DNA of 64,000 nucleotides, from NCBI GenBank assembly GCA_010093605.1, contig MU004199.1, positions 620,001-684,000 of the forward strand, given 5' to 3'. A program made the position numbers and the translations under genes. Source of the DNA: Lophium mytilinum (taxonomy: Eukaryota). This document shows, in pieces, positions 62,285 to 64,000 of this stretch. The notes beneath the pieces are model-generated. The model made no database searches, had not been told where the DNA came from, and saw only the letters and a list, made by a program, of their open reading frames with translations. Numbering within the stretch: the first letter of the stretch is position 1; each line of letters begins with the position of its first letter.

Positions 62285-64000
62285 ATGCGTCATTCCACCA
62301 CGATATGGGCGGCGGCCCTTGCTATGGCCTCGATATCGGGACCACTGTTAGCTACCGCCGAGGCCATGCCGGCACCCCAGAAGACGGACAAACCACGGTA
62401 CTACTTTCCCCGCAGCATCAAGCGCCAGATTGTCACCAATAGTACGGTTCCAGCAAGTTCAACCGTGTCTTCGTCTACCACGTCCGATCTGCCGGAATCT
62501 CAACAAAAATTGAGCTCGAGGCAGGGTACGGGCTCCGGTTCCGACGACTTGACATCCTTCTTCGAGAGCTTGCTCAACAGCCCCTCCCAGTCGTCTTCCA
62601 CCAGCTCGGGTCCAGCCACAACAACAGTGACGGAGGTCCACATACCGCTTGGAACTACGGTCTCGTCGAGTTGGTCGTCGAGCTCATCGTCCGTCTCGCT
62701 GTATATCCCGCCGCCAGCAATTCCTGTAGATTCGTCCTCGAGCTCTACAGACTCCGCCGATTCTTCTACAACTTCTGACAGCGTCGACGCCACGACAACG
62801 TCCTACGTCGCATCCACTGGAGCCTTCCCAAGCTCAATAGTCATCCCGACGTCAGCGCCCGATGTCAGCTCATCTGATGTATCGCCAAGCTCGATAGTCA
62901 CCCCAACTTCTGCACCTGACGTTGCCTCTACGGGCGATATCCCGAGCATCATAGTTCTCCCGACTTCTCTGCCTGACATTGGCTCTACCGATCTTCTGCC
63001 CAGCTCGATAGTCATTCCCACTTCTCTGCCTGATGTGGGCTCTACTGGTCTATTGCCTAGCTCCATAGTCCTCCCGACTTCAGCACCGGATGCCAGCTCC
63101 ACTGATTCGTTGCCCAGCTCGATAGTCATCCCAACTTCTGCGCCTGACGTAGCCTCCACTGGCGACATCCCCAGCATCATAATTCTTCCGACTTCACTTC
63201 CCGATGTTGCCTCTACCGGTGATATTCCGAGCTCGATAGTTCTCCCAACTTTGGCATCAAGCCAGGAGGTGCCCCTTATCAAGACTGATACCTCATCAGA
63301 CGCTCCTACTTCCGCTCCGGACACTGGCGCCACGTCAACCGGTGTTCTCCCGTTGTTGTCAGCCCTTTTGCCTACTGTCTCATCGGACACTCCTACTTCA
63401 GCTCCGGACACTGGAGCTACGTCAACCGGGGCTCTCCCATTGTTGTCAGCCCTTTTGCCTACTGCCTCATCAGACACTCCCACTTCAGCTCCGGACACTG
63501 GCGCTACGTCAACCGGGGCTCTCCCATTGTTGTCAGCCCTTTTGCCTACTGCCTCATAAAACAACCCCACTTCAGCTCCGGACACTGGCGCTACGTCAAC
63601 CGGTGTTCTCCCATTGTTGTCAGTCCTTTTGCCTACTGCCTCGGATTCGCTCCAGCTTTTGCCTTCGTCGATCCCCGATATTATTGGATCGACTGGGCTT
63701 TTGCCGTCGATAGTTGTCTCTCCTACGACATCAGCGGACGCAGCTACGACGACTGACAGTGCTTCGGAGCCTACTGGCATCATCGTTGGCCTGACCACCG
63801 CTCTTGGAATCACGGATGTCCCAACCTCTACCGGCATTCCGGGCTTAACGTCTACGGATGACACGGCATCGCCCGAGGCCACTCCATCGATCATTGACCC
63901 GTTGGGCTCGATTCTCTCTTCCGCGGTTTCCGGTCTCCAATCTGTTCTTGACCCTACTGGCAGTGGTATTCTCCCTTCAGCCGGAGTGACTCCTACTGGC
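62285..64000 (+). CDS. MSB2: Signalling mucin Msb2-like (N-terminal part; runs off the window; in-frame TAA at 63557-63559)
   Basis: Signal peptide, PRYYFPRSIKRQ pro-region, long S/T/P-rich repeats. Probable 5'-UTR introns near 62004-62099 and 62154-62199 and a ~7-kb upstream gene-poor region. The diagnostic HMH/TM region lies outside the window, so the symbol is tentative. Confidence 0.6.
62810..63640 (+). repeat. Coding tandem repeats: ~7 x ~60 bp (SSIVIPTSAPDVASTGDIP-like) then 4 x 87 bp (SDTPTSAPDTGATSTGALPLLSALLPTAS)
   Basis: The 87-bp unit starts at ~63294, 63381, 63468 and 63555. Confidence 0.92.

Overview
Gene-dense eukaryotic (filamentous ascomycete; Dothideomycete/Pleosporales-like by inference from gene set and protein style) genomic window with about 23 mostly intron-containing genes. 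Housekeeping genes include PGI1, YPK1/Gad8, ADA2, a divergent glycyl-tRNA synthetase paralogue, MRP21, SNU71, a CUZ1-like gene, CSM1/Pcs1, ATP19, MTFP1, GVP36, an MFS permease and an Msb2-like mucin. Secreted or membrane proteins include CAP/PR-1, RTA1, a PAN/Apple-like protein and a small Cys-rich protein. The strongest signals are: (1) a complete 4.27-kb RIP-inactivated Mutator (MULE) transposon with TIRs and a 9-bp TSD, inserted in codons 5-8 of a HET-domain gene, whose removal restores an MDASCPVC N-terminus; (2) a 48-aa WxCCxC...CxxCxHxxCxxC micro-protein gene missed by the ORF track; (3) a GC-AG first intron in the U1 snRNP gene SNU71; (4) two MITE-like families, one inside the GlyRS intron and one bracketing a gene in inverted orientation; (5) an in-frame stop inside the mucin repeats; (6) a recurrent 5'-C-rich/3'-G-rich polarity within genes. 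No rRNA, tRNA, CRISPR array or biosynthetic gene cluster was recognised. Exon boundaries were read by eye and family calls rest on remembered motifs, not database searches.
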